NCBI GenBank assembly: GCA_965223335.1
Contig: OZ244991.1
Span: 224,001 to 288,000, forward strand
DNA: 64,000 nucleotides
DNA from: Thermodesulfobacteriota bacterium
Lineage (GTDB): Bacteria > Desulfobacterota_D > UBA1144 > Nemesobacterales > UBA2774
Reading direction: 5' to 3'
Shown here: positions 42,811-53,487 of the stretch, piece by piece
Layout of the letters: every line of letters starts with the position of its first letter
How positions within the stretch are numbered: the stretch's first letter is position 1
Program-made: the position numbers and the translations under genes
Notes under the pieces: generated by a model
The model's input: only the letters and a program-made list of their open reading frames with translations
Databases searched by the model: none
Told to the model about the DNA's origin: nothing

Positions 42811-42884
42811 AACCCCTCCCCTAAACGATGGATTTAACCGCTATACCTAAAATACTACCATATCAAAACAAGCTCTTTAGGCAG

Positions 42885-45299
42885 CTAGCTGAAATTCATG
42901 GGATCAATATCTATCGAGATTCTTGTGTCCGGGGAGTCTTGACGGAGCACTGACACTAGTGATCTAGAAAATTTCCTAGCTACGGAGATGTTTTTTGACT
43001 TTACCAGCAGCTGCCACCTATAACGGTTTTTAATCTTATAAATCGGACTGGGCGAAGGACCAATGAGCTCAATTGTCCCCGCAGGCAGGCCCGAGAGCAT
43101 GGAGGCCGATATTTTTTCCGCCCTCTTGGCAGTCTCTTTTGCGCCCTCTTCTCTCCTGCCGCTCATCTTGATGTTTACAAGCTTGGAAAACGGTGGGTAA
43201 TCGAGCTGGTTTCTTAGTTCAGTTTCGTTCTTGAGAAACGAAGCGCTGTCCTGATTAATGGCGTATTTAATACTCGGGTGCTCGGGGTTATATGTTTGCA
43301 CTATCACATTGCCCCCAACCCTGCCCCTACCCGATCTCCCAGCCACCTGTGTTATAAGCTGGAAAGTACGCTCTCCGGACCTAAAGTCAGGGATGCCGAG
43401 TGATTGATCCGCCGAGAGCACCCCAACCAATGTAACCCCGGGCAGGTCGTGCCCCTTGGCAACCATCTGTGTACCAATCAACACATCTATCTCGTTTGCT
43501 TCAAGGCGTTTATACAAACTAAGGAGCTTCTGCTTGCCCGACACCGTGTCCCTATCCATGCGTGCCACTCTTGCATCGGGCAGTATTTTTTTCAACTCTT
43601 CTTCTACCCTCTGCGTACCGAGTCCAATCCCCCTCATCCGCCCGCCGCACTCCCGACACTTGGCAGCCGGGGGCTCTCTAAGCCCGCAATAGTGGCAGCG
43701 CACGGTGTTGTCGTCTCTATGATATGTAAGTTTTATGCTGCAGTTTGGGCATGTAAGCATCTGTCCGCATTGGGAGCATAGTAACAGAGACGAATAGCCC
43801 CTACGGTTAATAAACAGTATCGTTTGATGACCGTCCTCATAGTTCTGCTTTATAGCATCGAGGAGAGTGTCTGAGAATAACTCCCTCTCCTTCCCCCTCA
43901 TATCGGCAATGTTGACCTTAGGCAGCGTGGTGTCCCCGATCCTAAGAGGCAGTGAAAGGTAATTAAATTTCTTTTTCCTAGCATTATTATAGGATTCCAC
44001 AGACGGCGTGGCCGAACCCAGAACTACAACCGACTCGGTCATCTTACCCAACACAAGGGCCAGGTCCCTGGCGTTATACGACGGTGTTTCGTCCTGCTTG
44101 TAAGTGCTCTCATGCTCCTCGTCCACAACTATGATTCCTATATTTTTAAACGGAGCAAAAATAGCAGACCTGGCACCTATGATAATCTTTACCTCTCCGC
44201 TGCCTGCCCTCCGCCATGCATCGAACCGCTCCCCCTCGCTCAATCCGCTATGTATAACAGCTACATCCGCACCAAAGCGGCCCTTTAGCCTGCTTACAAG
44301 CTGGGGGGTAAGAGAGATTTCAGGCACAAGGAATATAGCTTCTTTGTTATTAGCTATTACTTGCGCAATCGCCCTCATATATACCTCTGTCTTCCCACTG
44401 CCGGTTACCCCGTGGAGTAAAAATGGAGCGAATTCCGCAGTTTCAATTGCAGCACTTATCTTCTCAGATGCTATGCGCTGGTCTACTGTAAGATCGGGTG
44501 GTTCAGACTGCGACCCCACTATTGCGGCAAAAGGGTCCCTAACCACCTCTTCAAGCTCTATGTCTACAAACCCTTTACTCTCTAGCCATTTAATATGTTC
44601 TCCAACACCCCCAAAGAGCTCCTTTAGGTGTGGATAGGGCACGCGTTTATGCTCCGCGACATATTCGAAAATGCGATTTTTTGCCGGTTTCCTCCGAATC
44701 TCTGCACCGCGTTCATCCGGCCCTCCTCTAGTTACTATCACCCTTTCGTACTGTATTTTCGGGTCCGACTTAAACTCGTAGTTAAACTCCAAGAACCCCC
44801 TTCGTCCAAGCGAGTATAAAAGCTGGTGAGAGGTGTTGTCTACCAAGTTAAGCAGTTTCTGAGTGGTGATCACACCCGAGTTTTTTAGTGTGTTTAAGAC
44901 ACGGCCCTCATGACCACTTACGTTACCGCTTTGGGCTGCCTCGAGTCCGCTATCGGTGATATTCACTGTGTTTTTTAGGCCTAGTGTTAGCCCCCCAGGA
45001 TGCGAGGCCTTTAACACAAGGCCGAGTGAGGCAACGTAGTACTCGGAAATCCAACGAAAAAATCTGAGCCTTTTCGAATCAAAGAGCGGTGTATCGTCAA
45101 TGATATCAATAACTTCCCTAAGCTCCATATCCCCTGGGGCCTTGTCTACACCTACAATAAAGCCCAGTGCCCTGCGGTTTCGAAACGGCACCACTACCCT
45201 CTTGCCGATCTCTACTCCGTCTTGTAACTCTGCGGGGACACTGTAATAAAACGCATCGGTTGTAGGGATTGGGATAGCTACGCTGATTGTTTCACTCAT
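42885..45299 (-). CDS. priA: Primosomal protein N' (replication restart helicase)
   Basis: LHGVTGSGKTEVY, VPEISLT, DEEH, GSATPS, four CxxC, GTQMVAKG, QVAGRSGR. Confidence 0.97.
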   Translation of the reverse strand: MSETISVAIPIPTTDAFYYSVPAELQDGVEIGKRVVVPFRNRRALGFIVGVDKAPGDMELREVIDIIDDTPLFDSKRLRFFRWISEYYVASLGLVLKASHPGGLTLGLKNTVNITDSGLEAAQSGNVSGHEGRVLNTLKNSGVITTQKLLNLVDNTSHQLLYSLGRRGFLEFNYEFKSDPKIQYERVIVTRGGPDERGAEIRRKPAKNRIFEYVAEHKRVPYPHLKELFGGVGEHIKWLESKGFVDIELEEVVRDPFAAIVGSQSEPPDLTVDQRIASEKISAAIETAEFAPFLLHGVTGSGKTEVYMRAIAQVIANNKEAIFLVPEISLTPQLVSRLKGRFGADVAVIHSGLSEGERFDAWRRAGSGEVKIIIGARSAIFAPFKNIGIIVVDEEHESTYKQDETPSYNARDLALVLGKMTESVVVLGSATPSVESYNNARKKKFNYLSLPLRIGDTTLPKVNIADMRGKERELFSDTLLDAIKQNYEDGHQTILFINRRGYSSLLLCSQCGQMLTCPNCSIKLTYHRDDNTVRCHYCGLREPPAAKCRECGGRMRGIGLGTQRVEEELKKILPDARVARMDRDTVSGKQKLLSLYKRLEANEIDVLIGTQMVAKGHDLPGVTLVGVLSADQSLGIPDFRSGERTFQLITQVAGRSGRGRVGGNVIVQTYNPEHPSIKYAINQDSASFLKNETELRNQLDYPPFSKLVNIKMSGRREEGAKETAKRAEKISASMLSGLPAGTIELIGPSPSPIYKIKNRYRWQLLVKSKNISVARKFSRSLVSVLRQDSPDTRISIDIDPMNFS

Positions 45300-45508
45300 C
45301 TATATTTTTGAGAGTCTAATCGTTTTTATTAGTTCTAGCAAACAGGACTGATTTAGTTTGGCTTTGGGTTATAAATATCTAATGTTAAATATTAGTTGCA
45401 TCTAAATTCGTATCCCCGTTTATTTTCAATTGTGGCTTTGGAGCCTGCGAAAATCCTGTCTAAAGAACCTTGAATGTTCCGTATTCTTGATTACCGGTGG
45501 AAATAGTG

Positions 45509-45537
45509 TTGACAACATGTGTGTCAGCAAATATCAT
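45509..45537 (+). promoter_or_regulatory. Sigma-70 promoter with overlapping TGACA-N7-TGTCA inverted repeat
   Basis: TTGACA-17 nt-TATCAT upstream of the TPR gene. Confidence 0.5.
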
Positions 45538-45563
45538 GTATAAAAATATAGCGTGCAACCGAT

Positions 45564-46430
45564 ATGGGAAGACTGGAACGACATCTGAGCAAAGCCGATG
45601 ATTTTAAGGAGGTCGGTCGATTTGACGAGGCTCTGCAGGAACTGGGTAAAGCCCTAAAATTAGCCCCTCATGACCCCGATGTCCATCTTTCCTTCGCCCT
45701 CACATACGATGCGATGGAGGAGTTCCATAAGTCTGTAGAGTACTTTCAAAAAGCTCTCGATATTAACCCGGATGATTATTACCTATGGACCCAGTTCGGC
45801 ATCACACTGTCTAGGATGGGAAAACCCCACGATGCCGAGGTCTCGTTCAGACAAGCACTCTCTATCAACAGTGACTACCCCCCGGCCAAGTGGAACCTGG
45901 GACTAATATACAGGACAATGGGTCTTTACGAAGATGCGCTTTCATTATTTAAAGAATGTACACCGGTGATTGACGAATACGATTATATGAAAGACGAAAT
46001 CTTCTACCAGCTCGGTTCTTGCTACTTTGATATGGGCTGGACCAAAGAGGCACTGGGAGAGTTCTCCCGACACATAGAGCTTTACCCGGATGACACATGG
46101 ACAGAGCTCTCTATAGGCAACTGCTATTTTGATATGGGCTGGGTCGATGAGTCCACAGAACAATACAAATCAATTATCGGCAAACAACCCCACTTTATCC
46201 CGGCCTATAATTCTTTAGCGCTGTCGTTAGCAGAAAAGGGCTGGTATGACGAAGCCCAAGACGTACTCAGAACCGCTCTTAAGCTTGCACCTGATGACGA
46301 GTCGCTTAGAGACAGTCTCGATTACATAGACTCGCTTAAAGATGACGACGACGGTTTTAAGGGACTGCTTATGATAAAGGTTGTTTTGTATCTACTTAAA
46401 AAACAGCAGGAAAACCCCAAAAACAGTTAA
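45564..46430 (+). CDS. Cytoplasmic TPR protein
   Basis: About 7 tandem TPR motifs. Confidence 0.85.
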   Translation: MGRLERHLSKADDFKEVGRFDEALQELGKALKLAPHDPDVHLSFALTYDAMEEFHKSVEYFQKALDINPDDYYLWTQFGITLSRMGKPHDAEVSFRQALSINSDYPPAKWNLGLIYRTMGLYEDALSLFKECTPVIDEYDYMKDEIFYQLGSCYFDMGWTKEALGEFSRHIELYPDDTWTELSIGNCYFDMGWVDESTEQYKSIIGKQPHFIPAYNSLALSLAEKGWYDEAQDVLRTALKLAPDDESLRDSLDYIDSLKDDDDGFKGLLMIKVVLYLLKKQQENPKNS

Positions 46431-46445
46431 TCCCCAAGCCCGTTA

Positions 46446-47555
46446 CTAATCTATAAATGACTGCCGGGCAAAATCCCGTCCATGATCAGTCAGGTACAAG
46501 TGCCCGTTTTCTACAAGCAGATACCCTAACCTTTCGGAACTGGACACAATCCGCCTACCAAACTCGGGGTCAGAGAATAGAGTCTCTTCCAAGTGCTCAA
46601 TACCCGATTCTCTTTCTTCGTCCCTACCACCTTCGTGGTTTAGAAGATGGATCGCAAGCATCTTTTGGGCAAATTCCCATTTCTGCCTCGACCTTCGTAA
46701 AATAGTTGCCACCACTCCCCTGTCCGGTGCCAAAATATATACAAGAACAAATATCACACCCGACAGAGTAGCCATCGAGCCCGCTATATTGGCGTCTAAT
46801 AGATACGCAACCCAATACCCCGTCACAGCGCTCAGAACCCCGATCATACAACTCAGCACAATCATGTAATGCAGCCGGTCGGTAAGCAGGTATGCGGCCG
46901 CCGGTGGTGCGATCATAAGAGCCACAACCAGTATCGAGCCCACAGCATCAAAAGCTCCCACCGCTGTGACCGAAACCAACGACATGAGCCCGTAGTGTAT
47001 TAACCAGGGCGAGAAACCCAGTGCCGCAGCCAAACCCGCATCGAATGTTGCAATCTTAAGCTCTTTATAAAACAGCGTAATGAACACCAGGTTGAGCAAC
47101 AGTATCGAGCCCATAACGTAAAGGGACTTGGGCCCTATATCGTAGCCGCTTATGACCAACCGATCGAATGGTGCAAAGGCAAGCTCGCCGAGCAGTACGG
47201 CATGCACATCCAGGTGGATATTCCATGCGTATCTCGAAATCAGCAACACCCCAAGACTAAAGAGCACCGGGAACACAAGCCCTATAGACGCATCCTCCCT
47301 CACAAGCCCTGTCCTATTGATAAGCTCTACCAGACTCACTGTGAGCACTCCGCTTAGCGCCGCACCCACAATGAGTATCGGTGACGATATGTCCTCGACT
47401 ATAAAAAAGGCCAGCACTATCCCTAGCAATATCGAATGGCTTATTGCGTCGCTCATCATAGCCATACGTCTAAGTACCAAAAACACCCCGGGTATGGCAC
47501 ATGTAAGTGCCACAACAGACGCAATCAACAGGATCTCTATCTGTTCGACGCTCAT
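46446..47555 (-). CDS. Mn/Zn/Fe ABC transporter permease (TroD/MntD-like) with C-terminal DtxR-like extension
   Basis: GVFLVLRRMAMMSDAISHSILLG, FDAGLA, VGSILVVALMIAP. Confidence 0.92.
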   Translation of the reverse strand: MSVEQIEILLIASVVALTCAIPGVFLVLRRMAMMSDAISHSILLGIVLAFFIVEDISSPILIVGAALSGVLTVSLVELINRTGLVREDASIGLVFPVLFSLGVLLISRYAWNIHLDVHAVLLGELAFAPFDRLVISGYDIGPKSLYVMGSILLLNLVFITLFYKELKIATFDAGLAAALGFSPWLIHYGLMSLVSVTAVGAFDAVGSILVVALMIAPPAAAYLLTDRLHYMIVLSCMIGVLSAVTGYWVAYLLDANIAGSMATLSGVIFVLVYILAPDRGVVATILRRSRQKWEFAQKMLAIHLLNHEGGRDEERESGIEHLEETLFSDPEFGRRIVSSSERLGYLLVENGHLYLTDHGRDFARQSFID

Positions 47556-48697
47556 GGACGAACTCCCCTGGCGGCCCTCAATCTGAGCGCCTCTTTAATC
47601 CCTGATGATGTGAGTGCCCATTTATCGCGGTTTACGCGTTTTACATAGCCCCTGGACTCAAGCTCCCTTAAGTTTCTACTTATTCCTCCCCTATTTGTGC
47701 CCATGAGCTTTAGCACCGAGCTCTCATGTGCGTGTTCCATGTCCTTGTGTTCGAGTGCCAGGGTGTAGAGATCCTCCAATATGACGTCCAAGCGCAGTTT
47801 GCTCCTGTTTTTATAGTCCTCTATTTTGCTCCAGATAATCCCTCTACGGGGTGCAAACAGCATCGATATCAGTACCAAGGCGCTTAGGCAGAGCACAATA
47901 GTCGGACCTGTCGGGACTCGTGGGACGGTGCTGCTTATAACTGCCCCGCTCACTCCTCCGACTGCACCAAAAAAGCCCGAGAGCGTGACCATTTTACCCA
48001 GGTTATCCGTCCATTGCCGGGCTGCAGCCCCGGGGGCTACTATCATAGCACTCATAAGCACCACACCCACGGTCTGAAGCCCAAGCACTATGGCCAATAC
48101 AATCAGAGTTGTAAGCAGTATATCGAGCGTCCTCATCGGAAACCCCACTGTGGCGCCGAACTCGGGATCAAAGCTTAGCAGTTTAAACTCCTTCCAGAAC
48201 GAAAACACCAAAACCAGCGCTATAGAGCCGAGTATTGCCATGCTGATCACATCGCTCATCAAAAGCGCGGCGGCCTGTCCAAATAGGAACTTGTCTAGCC
48301 CGGCCTGTGTGGCATCGGGCTTTTTCTGTATGATTGTGAGCAACACAAGTCCGAAACCGAAAAATACAGAGAGCACCATCCCGAGTGCGCTATCGTATTT
48401 AATCCTGGTCCAACCCACTATGTTCATGATAAATAGTGTGGCAATCCAGCCCGATATCCCGGCCCCCAGTATCAGCACCAATGTATCCTTGCTGCCCGTA
48501 AGCAGGTATGCAATCGCTATACCCGGCAGTGCGGCGTGCGACATGGCATCGCCTAGGAGACTCTGGCGGCGAAGCACCGCATAGGCACCCAGAGTACCGC
48601 TCACTATACCAAGTACAAGCGAGCCGAGCGCTACTGTTCTTAGTGTGTAGTCCGATAGTAGATTTTGTATCAGTTCCGGGATGTCCACATCAAGCAC
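47552..48697 (-). CDS. Mn/Zn/Fe ABC transporter permease (TroC/MntC-like) with C-terminal DtxR-like extension
   Basis: [32 protein letters not shown]; tail EDLY..LT..G. Confidence 0.92.
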   Translation of the reverse strand: MLDVDIPELIQNLLSDYTLRTVALGSLVLGIVSGTLGAYAVLRRQSLLGDAMSHAALPGIAIAYLLTGSKDTLVLILGAGISGWIATLFIMNIVGWTRIKYDSALGMVLSVFFGFGLVLLTIIQKKPDATQAGLDKFLFGQAAALLMSDVISMAILGSIALVLVFSFWKEFKLLSFDPEFGATVGFPMRTLDILLTTLIVLAIVLGLQTVGVVLMSAMIVAPGAAARQWTDNLGKMVTLSGFFGAVGGVSGAVISSTVPRVPTGPTIVLCLSALVLISMLFAPRRGIIWSKIEDYKNRSKLRLDVILEDLYTLALEHKDMEHAHESSVLKLMGTNRGGISRNLRELESRGYVKRVNRDKWALTSSGIKEALRLRAARGVRP

Positions 48698-49484
48698 CCC
48701 TTAGGAAACGTGCATCGTCATCATGGTCGCTTTGCGGATCCTCCTGAGAGGACGTCATAAACGCTACCCTACCGCCGTATGTCAGCCTTAGGTTCTCTTC
48801 GTTAAACACATCACTAACGGGACCACTGGCTAAGATTCGTACATTAAGCAATGTGACCCAGTCAAAGTATTCCGGCACGGTCTGGAGATCGTGGTGCACC
48901 ACAACAACTGTACGTCCCTGTTCCCTTAGTTCCTGAAGCAGTGTGATAATGGCTTTTTCTGTGGTAGCGTCCACCCCCTGAAACGGCTCGTCCATAAGGT
49001 AAACCTGGGCGTCCTGTACGAGTGCACGAGCCAAAAAGACTCTCTGCTGCTGCCCGCCCGAAAGCTGGCTTATCTGGCGCTCTGCATAGTCCGACATTCC
49101 TACTTTTTGCAATGCAGACATAGCCATCTCATTTTCCTTCTGTCTTGGTCGCTTAATCCATCCCAGCGTGCCGTATCTACCCATTTTTACCACGTCCAAC
49201 ACGCTTGTAGGGAAGTCCCAATCAACGCTACCTCTCTGTGGCACATAACCTACGAGCTTCCTTTGGCTCTCATAGGACTCACCGTATATCAATATCTTTC
49301 CTGCGGTGATTTTCACAAGTCCAAGTATTGACTTGATCAATGTCGTTTTACCGGCCCCGTTTGGCCCCACTATTGCCATCAGCACCCCGGGGGGTACATT
49401 GAGGTCAATATCCCAAAGCACAGGGTTTTCACGGTATGCTACCGTTAGGTCCTCAACATCTATAGCATTCTGAATCTCACTCAT
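48690..49484 (-). CDS. Metal ABC transporter ATP-binding subunit (TroB/MntB-like)
   Basis: [38 protein letters not shown]; start placed at ATG 49484. Confidence 0.94.
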   Translation of the reverse strand: MSEIQNAIDVEDLTVAYRENPVLWDIDLNVPPGVLMAIVGPNGAGKTTLIKSILGLVKITAGKILIYGESYESQRKLVGYVPQRGSVDWDFPTSVLDVVKMGRYGTLGWIKRPRQKENEMAMSALQKVGMSDYAERQISQLSGGQQQRVFLARALVQDAQVYLMDEPFQGVDATTEKAIITLLQELREQGRTVVVVHHDLQTVPEYFDWVTLLNVRILASGPVSDVFNEENLRLTYGGRVAFMTSSQEDPQSDHDDDARFLRGA

Positions 49485-49494
49485 ATCCGAACCT

Positions 49495-50448
49495 CTAAGA
49501 AGAATCCCCCGAACCTTTAAGGGCATTCACGATTGTATCTATGTTGTGGCGTACCATGCCCACGTATGTACCCTCAGGAGTACCGGGGTTACCCATAGCG
49601 TCCGAGAAGAGCTCCCCACCGACCTCGACCTTATACCCTTTGGAATTTACCGCTGCTTTCACAGCCTCTATATACCTCGGGGGCACAGACGACTCCACAA
49701 ATATCGCTGGTATCTTTCTATCCACGATTACAGTTGCAAGCCTCTTTACATCCGCAGCACCTGCTTCCGAGTCAGTGCTTATGCCCTGTAGTCCCAAGAC
49801 CTCGAACCCATAGCCCCGCCCGAAATAGTTAAATGCATCATGGGCCGTGATCAGCACTCTCTTGTCCTTGGGCAAGCTTTCGGCACGCTCTTTAACATAA
49901 CCGTCGAGCTCAACTAGTTTGTTTGAGTATATCTCTGCGTTGTTGTTGTAGTAATCCGCACTACCGGGATCGATTTCGACCAGTTTGTCCTTAACCGCAC
50001 CCACAGCATTTAGCCACAACTTAACATCGAACCACACGTGTGGGTCATAGTTCCCAGCAAATTCCGGGGGAGCCATTAGCTCGGAACGATCAATGACATC
50101 TGTGACCGCAACGGTATCGATCCCGCGCTTATTCATTTGCTCAAACACCTCGGCCATCTTACCCTCAAGGTGTAGACCGTTATAAAATATCAGGTCCGAG
50201 TCTGATAACAGAGCTACATCCCCCGCACTAGCTTTGTATAGATGGGGGTCGACACCGGGACCCATGAGCCCCTTGGTCACGACTCTCTTACCCCCAATGT
50301 TCTGCGCAATGTCGGTGATCATTCCAGTGGTAGCAACTATATTTATAGCTCTACTCGACAGGTCAGTATCCCTTTTCTGTTGCTGCGAACAGGCGAGCAA
50401 TGATGCAATGAGTATGGTGAATATGGTTACTTGGATTATCTTTGTCAT
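49495..50448 (-). CDS. Metal ABC transporter substrate-binding lipoprotein (TroA/MntA-like)
   Basis: Lipobox [33 protein letters not shown]. Confidence 0.94.
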   Translation of the reverse strand: MTKIIQVTIFTILIASLLACSQQQKRDTDLSSRAINIVATTGMITDIAQNIGGKRVVTKGLMGPGVDPHLYKASAGDVALLSDSDLIFYNGLHLEGKMAEVFEQMNKRGIDTVAVTDVIDRSELMAPPEFAGNYDPHVWFDVKLWLNAVGAVKDKLVEIDPGSADYYNNNAEIYSNKLVELDGYVKERAESLPKDKRVLITAHDAFNYFGRGYGFEVLGLQGISTDSEAGAADVKRLATVIVDRKIPAIFVESSVPPRYIEAVKAAVNSKGYKVEVGGELFSDAMGNPGTPEGTYVGMVRHNIDTIVNALKGSGDSS

Positions 50449-51122
50449 GATGCCTCTCTCCGAACTGTTTCTATGTCTGTGAGCTTTATATACTTAGCAG
50501 CTTCTGGGCCCAGTATGTGCCTGTCCCCGTTCACTCCAATTGTAATCGGCCCGTTAAATGGTTCAACCTCTATAACCTCTATCCTTGTTTGTGGGTATAG
50601 CCCCATCTTCCCAATGTATCTGAGCAGGTTGGGGTCGTGGTCGCTTACCTCGGCTACTATGCCGGATTGACCTGCGCTAAGCTCTGTAAGAGCTACGGTT
50701 TCAATCTCAGCCATGGTGCCGTCACGGCTTGGGATCGGGGAACCGTGCGGGTCGCGCGTTGGGTACCCGAGCACCCTGTCCATACGGTTCTCCAAGTCCT
50801 CAGATAACACGTGCTCCCATTTCTCAGCCTCTTCATGGACCTGGTCCCAGGGCACTCCGAGTGCCTCGGCCAAATATAGCTCAATCAGCCTGTGGTGGCG
50901 TATGATCTCAAGTGCTATTTTCTCACCAGCTTTTGTTAGTTTCACACCCTGATATTTTTTATGGGTAATAAGTTTTTTGGCCGAGAGCTTTTTTATCATA
51001 CTGGTTACAGATGCCGGTGCGACATTGAGCTTTTCCGAAATTGCATTCGTCGTAACACGCACGTTTGATTTTTGAATATCGAAAATTGCTTTTAAATAAT
51101 CCTCTATAGATTGTGTATACAT
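50445..51122 (-). CDS. DtxR/MntR/TroR family metal-dependent repressor with FeoA domain
   Basis: EDYLKAIF, APASVT, RHHRLIELYL, EAEKWEH, DPHGSPIP. Confidence 0.94.
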   Translation of the reverse strand: MYTQSIEDYLKAIFDIQKSNVRVTTNAISEKLNVAPASVTSMIKKLSAKKLITHKKYQGVKLTKAGEKIALEIIRHHRLIELYLAEALGVPWDQVHEEAEKWEHVLSEDLENRMDRVLGYPTRDPHGSPIPSRDGTMAEIETVALTELSAGQSGIVAEVSDHDPNLLRYIGKMGLYPQTRIEVIEVEPFNGPITIGVNGDRHILGPEAAKYIKLTDIETVRREAS

Positions 51123-51144
51123 TTAAGAACCTCTAAACCCATAA

Positions 51145-51188
51145 TTAGATACATCTAAAACTATAAAGTGCGCTCTAAAGTATGTCAA
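51145..51188 (-). promoter_or_regulatory. Promoter of the repressor-troABCD operon with DtxR/MntR-type operator
   Basis: Minus strand TTGACA (51188-51183)-17 nt-TATAGT (51165-51160); palindrome TTAGAT-ac-ATCTAA at 51145-51158. Confidence 0.7.
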
Positions 51189-51200
51189 CAAATCAAATTA

Positions 51201-52025
51201 TTAAAACGAAAAAGTAAAGGCTGCCGTGAATATCAACTCATCATCAGTGCCTCGAGTATAAACATCTTTGGTGACACCCAATATAATAGTCATCCAGTCG
51301 GTAGCATTCGCTGTAAATCCACCTGTGATTTTTACAATCTTAATATTTTCTTCATCCTCTGGGTCCTCATATCCATACGCTGCTTCAACCACCGGTTGCA
51401 GCCAATCGGTGATGTAAAAACCAAACCCCACTTCACTTATAAAAGTCCATGCATTATCTTCCAGGATCCCAAACACAGCATCTACATCCATAGAGAACCT
51501 TTCAGTAATGTTAGTTGTCAAAATAAGTCCTCCAGGCTCAATTAACCAGGGTATGTTATCGCTCACAGGGATCGATATACCAGCCTGATATGCTAATGAA
51601 AACGGGATGTTATCACTCTGATCAAATAGTCTCAGCTTTAAACCGGCTTGAATATCACCGAAATCCGTAGAGGATTGAATAATGTCGGAATCCTCAAAGC
51701 TCAAATAGTTTACGGATACTCCAAATTCTGTATTTTCTAAGAGTCCATAGGTAATTCTGACCCCGCCTCCGAACAGCTTTGAATTGTCATTGTCGTCCAC
51801 GATGTTAAAGACAAAAAAAGGCTCGAACTCGAATCTTTTATAGGGCACGGTATCTGTGCTTGGAACTATAACTTTGGAGTTTGATATGCCCCCTACAGCA
51901 TGCGCCGAGTGTGAAGCCAAGGTGAAAATAAAAAAAACAGATATTGATATATACAACAAGGTTGATCCTATACGGGAACATCGTATATATAAAAGATCAG
52001 TTATAGAAATCCTACAATTCAGCAT
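51201..52025 (-). CDS. Putative outer-membrane beta-barrel transporter/channel
   Basis: Signal peptide ending AHA; alternating amphipathic beta strands; GDIQAGLKLR; C-terminal FTAAFTFSF Bam signature. Confidence 0.75.
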   Translation of the reverse strand: MLNCRISITDLLYIRCSRIGSTLLYISISVFFIFTLASHSAHAVGGISNSKVIVPSTDTVPYKRFEFEPFFVFNIVDDNDNSKLFGGGVRITYGLLENTEFGVSVNYLSFEDSDIIQSSTDFGDIQAGLKLRLFDQSDNIPFSLAYQAGISIPVSDNIPWLIEPGGLILTTNITERFSMDVDAVFGILEDNAWTFISEVGFGFYITDWLQPVVEAAYGYEDPEDEENIKIVKITGGFTANATDWMTIILGVTKDVYTRGTDDELIFTAAFTFSF

Positions 52026-52056
52026 ATACAGCCCGCCCTTTTTAGAGAAACATAAC

Positions 52057-52105
52057 TTATAATTTAGACTTGTCTAAATTATAATATACGCAAAGACTGT
52101 GTCAA
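52057..52105 (-). promoter_or_regulatory. Promoter of the beta-barrel gene overlapped by a 28-bp DtxR/MntR-type palindrome
   Basis: TTATAATTTAGAC-tt-GTCTAAATTATAA (52057-52084); minus strand TTGACA (52105-52100)-16 nt-TATAAT (52083-52078). Confidence 0.8.
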
Positions 52106-52154
52106 TATGCTACCGCAAGATTATTGGTTATTCAAGGAATATTGGGACAGGGTT

Positions 52155-53222
52155 CTATGAGTGTTCCGGATCCAGATACTCACCCCTATATATATCTATA
52201 AAACTCATTAACACAACTAAGAGTACAGGGCCTAGGATTATACCCGAGAACCCGAACACTCCGAGACTGCCTAGAATGCTAAGGAACAAAAATAGTGTTG
52301 GGACTTTAACCCTGCCCCCAATTATAAGAGGTTTAAGAAAGTTATCTACGGAGCTCACAACTAACCCACCCAGCAATAGTAGAGCTATACCCTTATAGGT
52401 AGCACCTGTAGCCAGGAAATATATGCCCACTGGTAACCACACAAAAACCGCACCCCCAACGGGCAACAATGAAAACACAAATGTTAATACACCCGCCAAC
52501 ACACCATATGAGATTCCCAAGATCCAGAAGGTTAGACCCATCAGCACTCCCTGGACAGCTGCTGTTACCATAACCCCGAGTATCACAGCATTAAGAACGT
52601 CATAGAATTTCTTAAAAATTTTATCTTTCTGCTCAAGCTTCATGGGGATAAGATACTTGAGCTTTGCAAGCATTATTTTGCCGTCACGGAAAAAGAAAAA
52701 AACTGCAAAAATCATTATGGCAAAATCAATTATTAAACCGGTTAGGTTCTCGGCAAGGCTCTGTATCTCTGCCAATGCATACCCGCTTATTGTGCCCAAG
52801 CTCTTTATTACTATGTCGTGGGGTGTAAGGTCGCCGGTATCAAACTTCTTTTCCAGTTGTTCAAATATCGAGACTGGTATAACTGCCTTTATTTTATTGA
52901 AAAACGACTCCAATGAGGACACCTCTATCTTGTTTTGCAGACTTTGATATATATCGAATATATCAACAGCAAGCACAGCAAAAACAAGCAATAGAGGCAA
53001 AACGATCAGAAAAGTAGAAAGGAAAGTCATGATTAGTGAAGCAATACCAGTCCTGTGCTTCAAAACATTGCTTAATTTCTCATACACTGGATAGAGCAAT
53101 AGCACCAATATCCCGGCCCAAAACAACGAGAGCAAAAACGGGCTCAGTATTCTATAGAACTGATAGATCAGGAAAAGGAATAACGCTATGAAGAACCAGG
53201 AAAACACCTGATTTTTAGTCAT
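52155..53222 (-). CDS. AI-2E family (UPF0118/PerM) transporter
   Basis: FFFFRDG, AAVQG, DNFLKPLIIG, GIILGPV. Confidence 0.92.
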   Translation of the reverse strand: MTKNQVFSWFFIALFLFLIYQFYRILSPFLLSLFWAGILVLLLYPVYEKLSNVLKHRTGIASLIMTFLSTFLIVLPLLLVFAVLAVDIFDIYQSLQNKIEVSSLESFFNKIKAVIPVSIFEQLEKKFDTGDLTPHDIVIKSLGTISGYALAEIQSLAENLTGLIIDFAIMIFAVFFFFRDGKIMLAKLKYLIPMKLEQKDKIFKKFYDVLNAVILGVMVTAAVQGVLMGLTFWILGISYGVLAGVLTFVFSLLPVGGAVFVWLPVGIYFLATGATYKGIALLLLGGLVVSSVDNFLKPLIIGGRVKVPTLFLFLSILGSLGVFGFSGIILGPVLLVVLMSFIDIYRGEYLDPEHS

Positions 53223-53487
53223 ACCTCAGTCCTCTTATATACCCTTTATTCTCGACAAAGCTTAAGCCTAATAGCAATTGTTTATCGAGAAATCATTGTA
53301 ATTGGTAAAGAAACTTATGTCTACAAACCCACACAAGTTAGCTGCATACCCACCAGGTGATACCAAATTATGTGAACTTATATATAATATTGTCCACTTT
53401 TACAAACTTCTTGGGACATAGTTTAAAAACAGGTCGTATACTTAGAACTATATTTCATATCCCATAGTACGCATAAATGGCCGCCGT

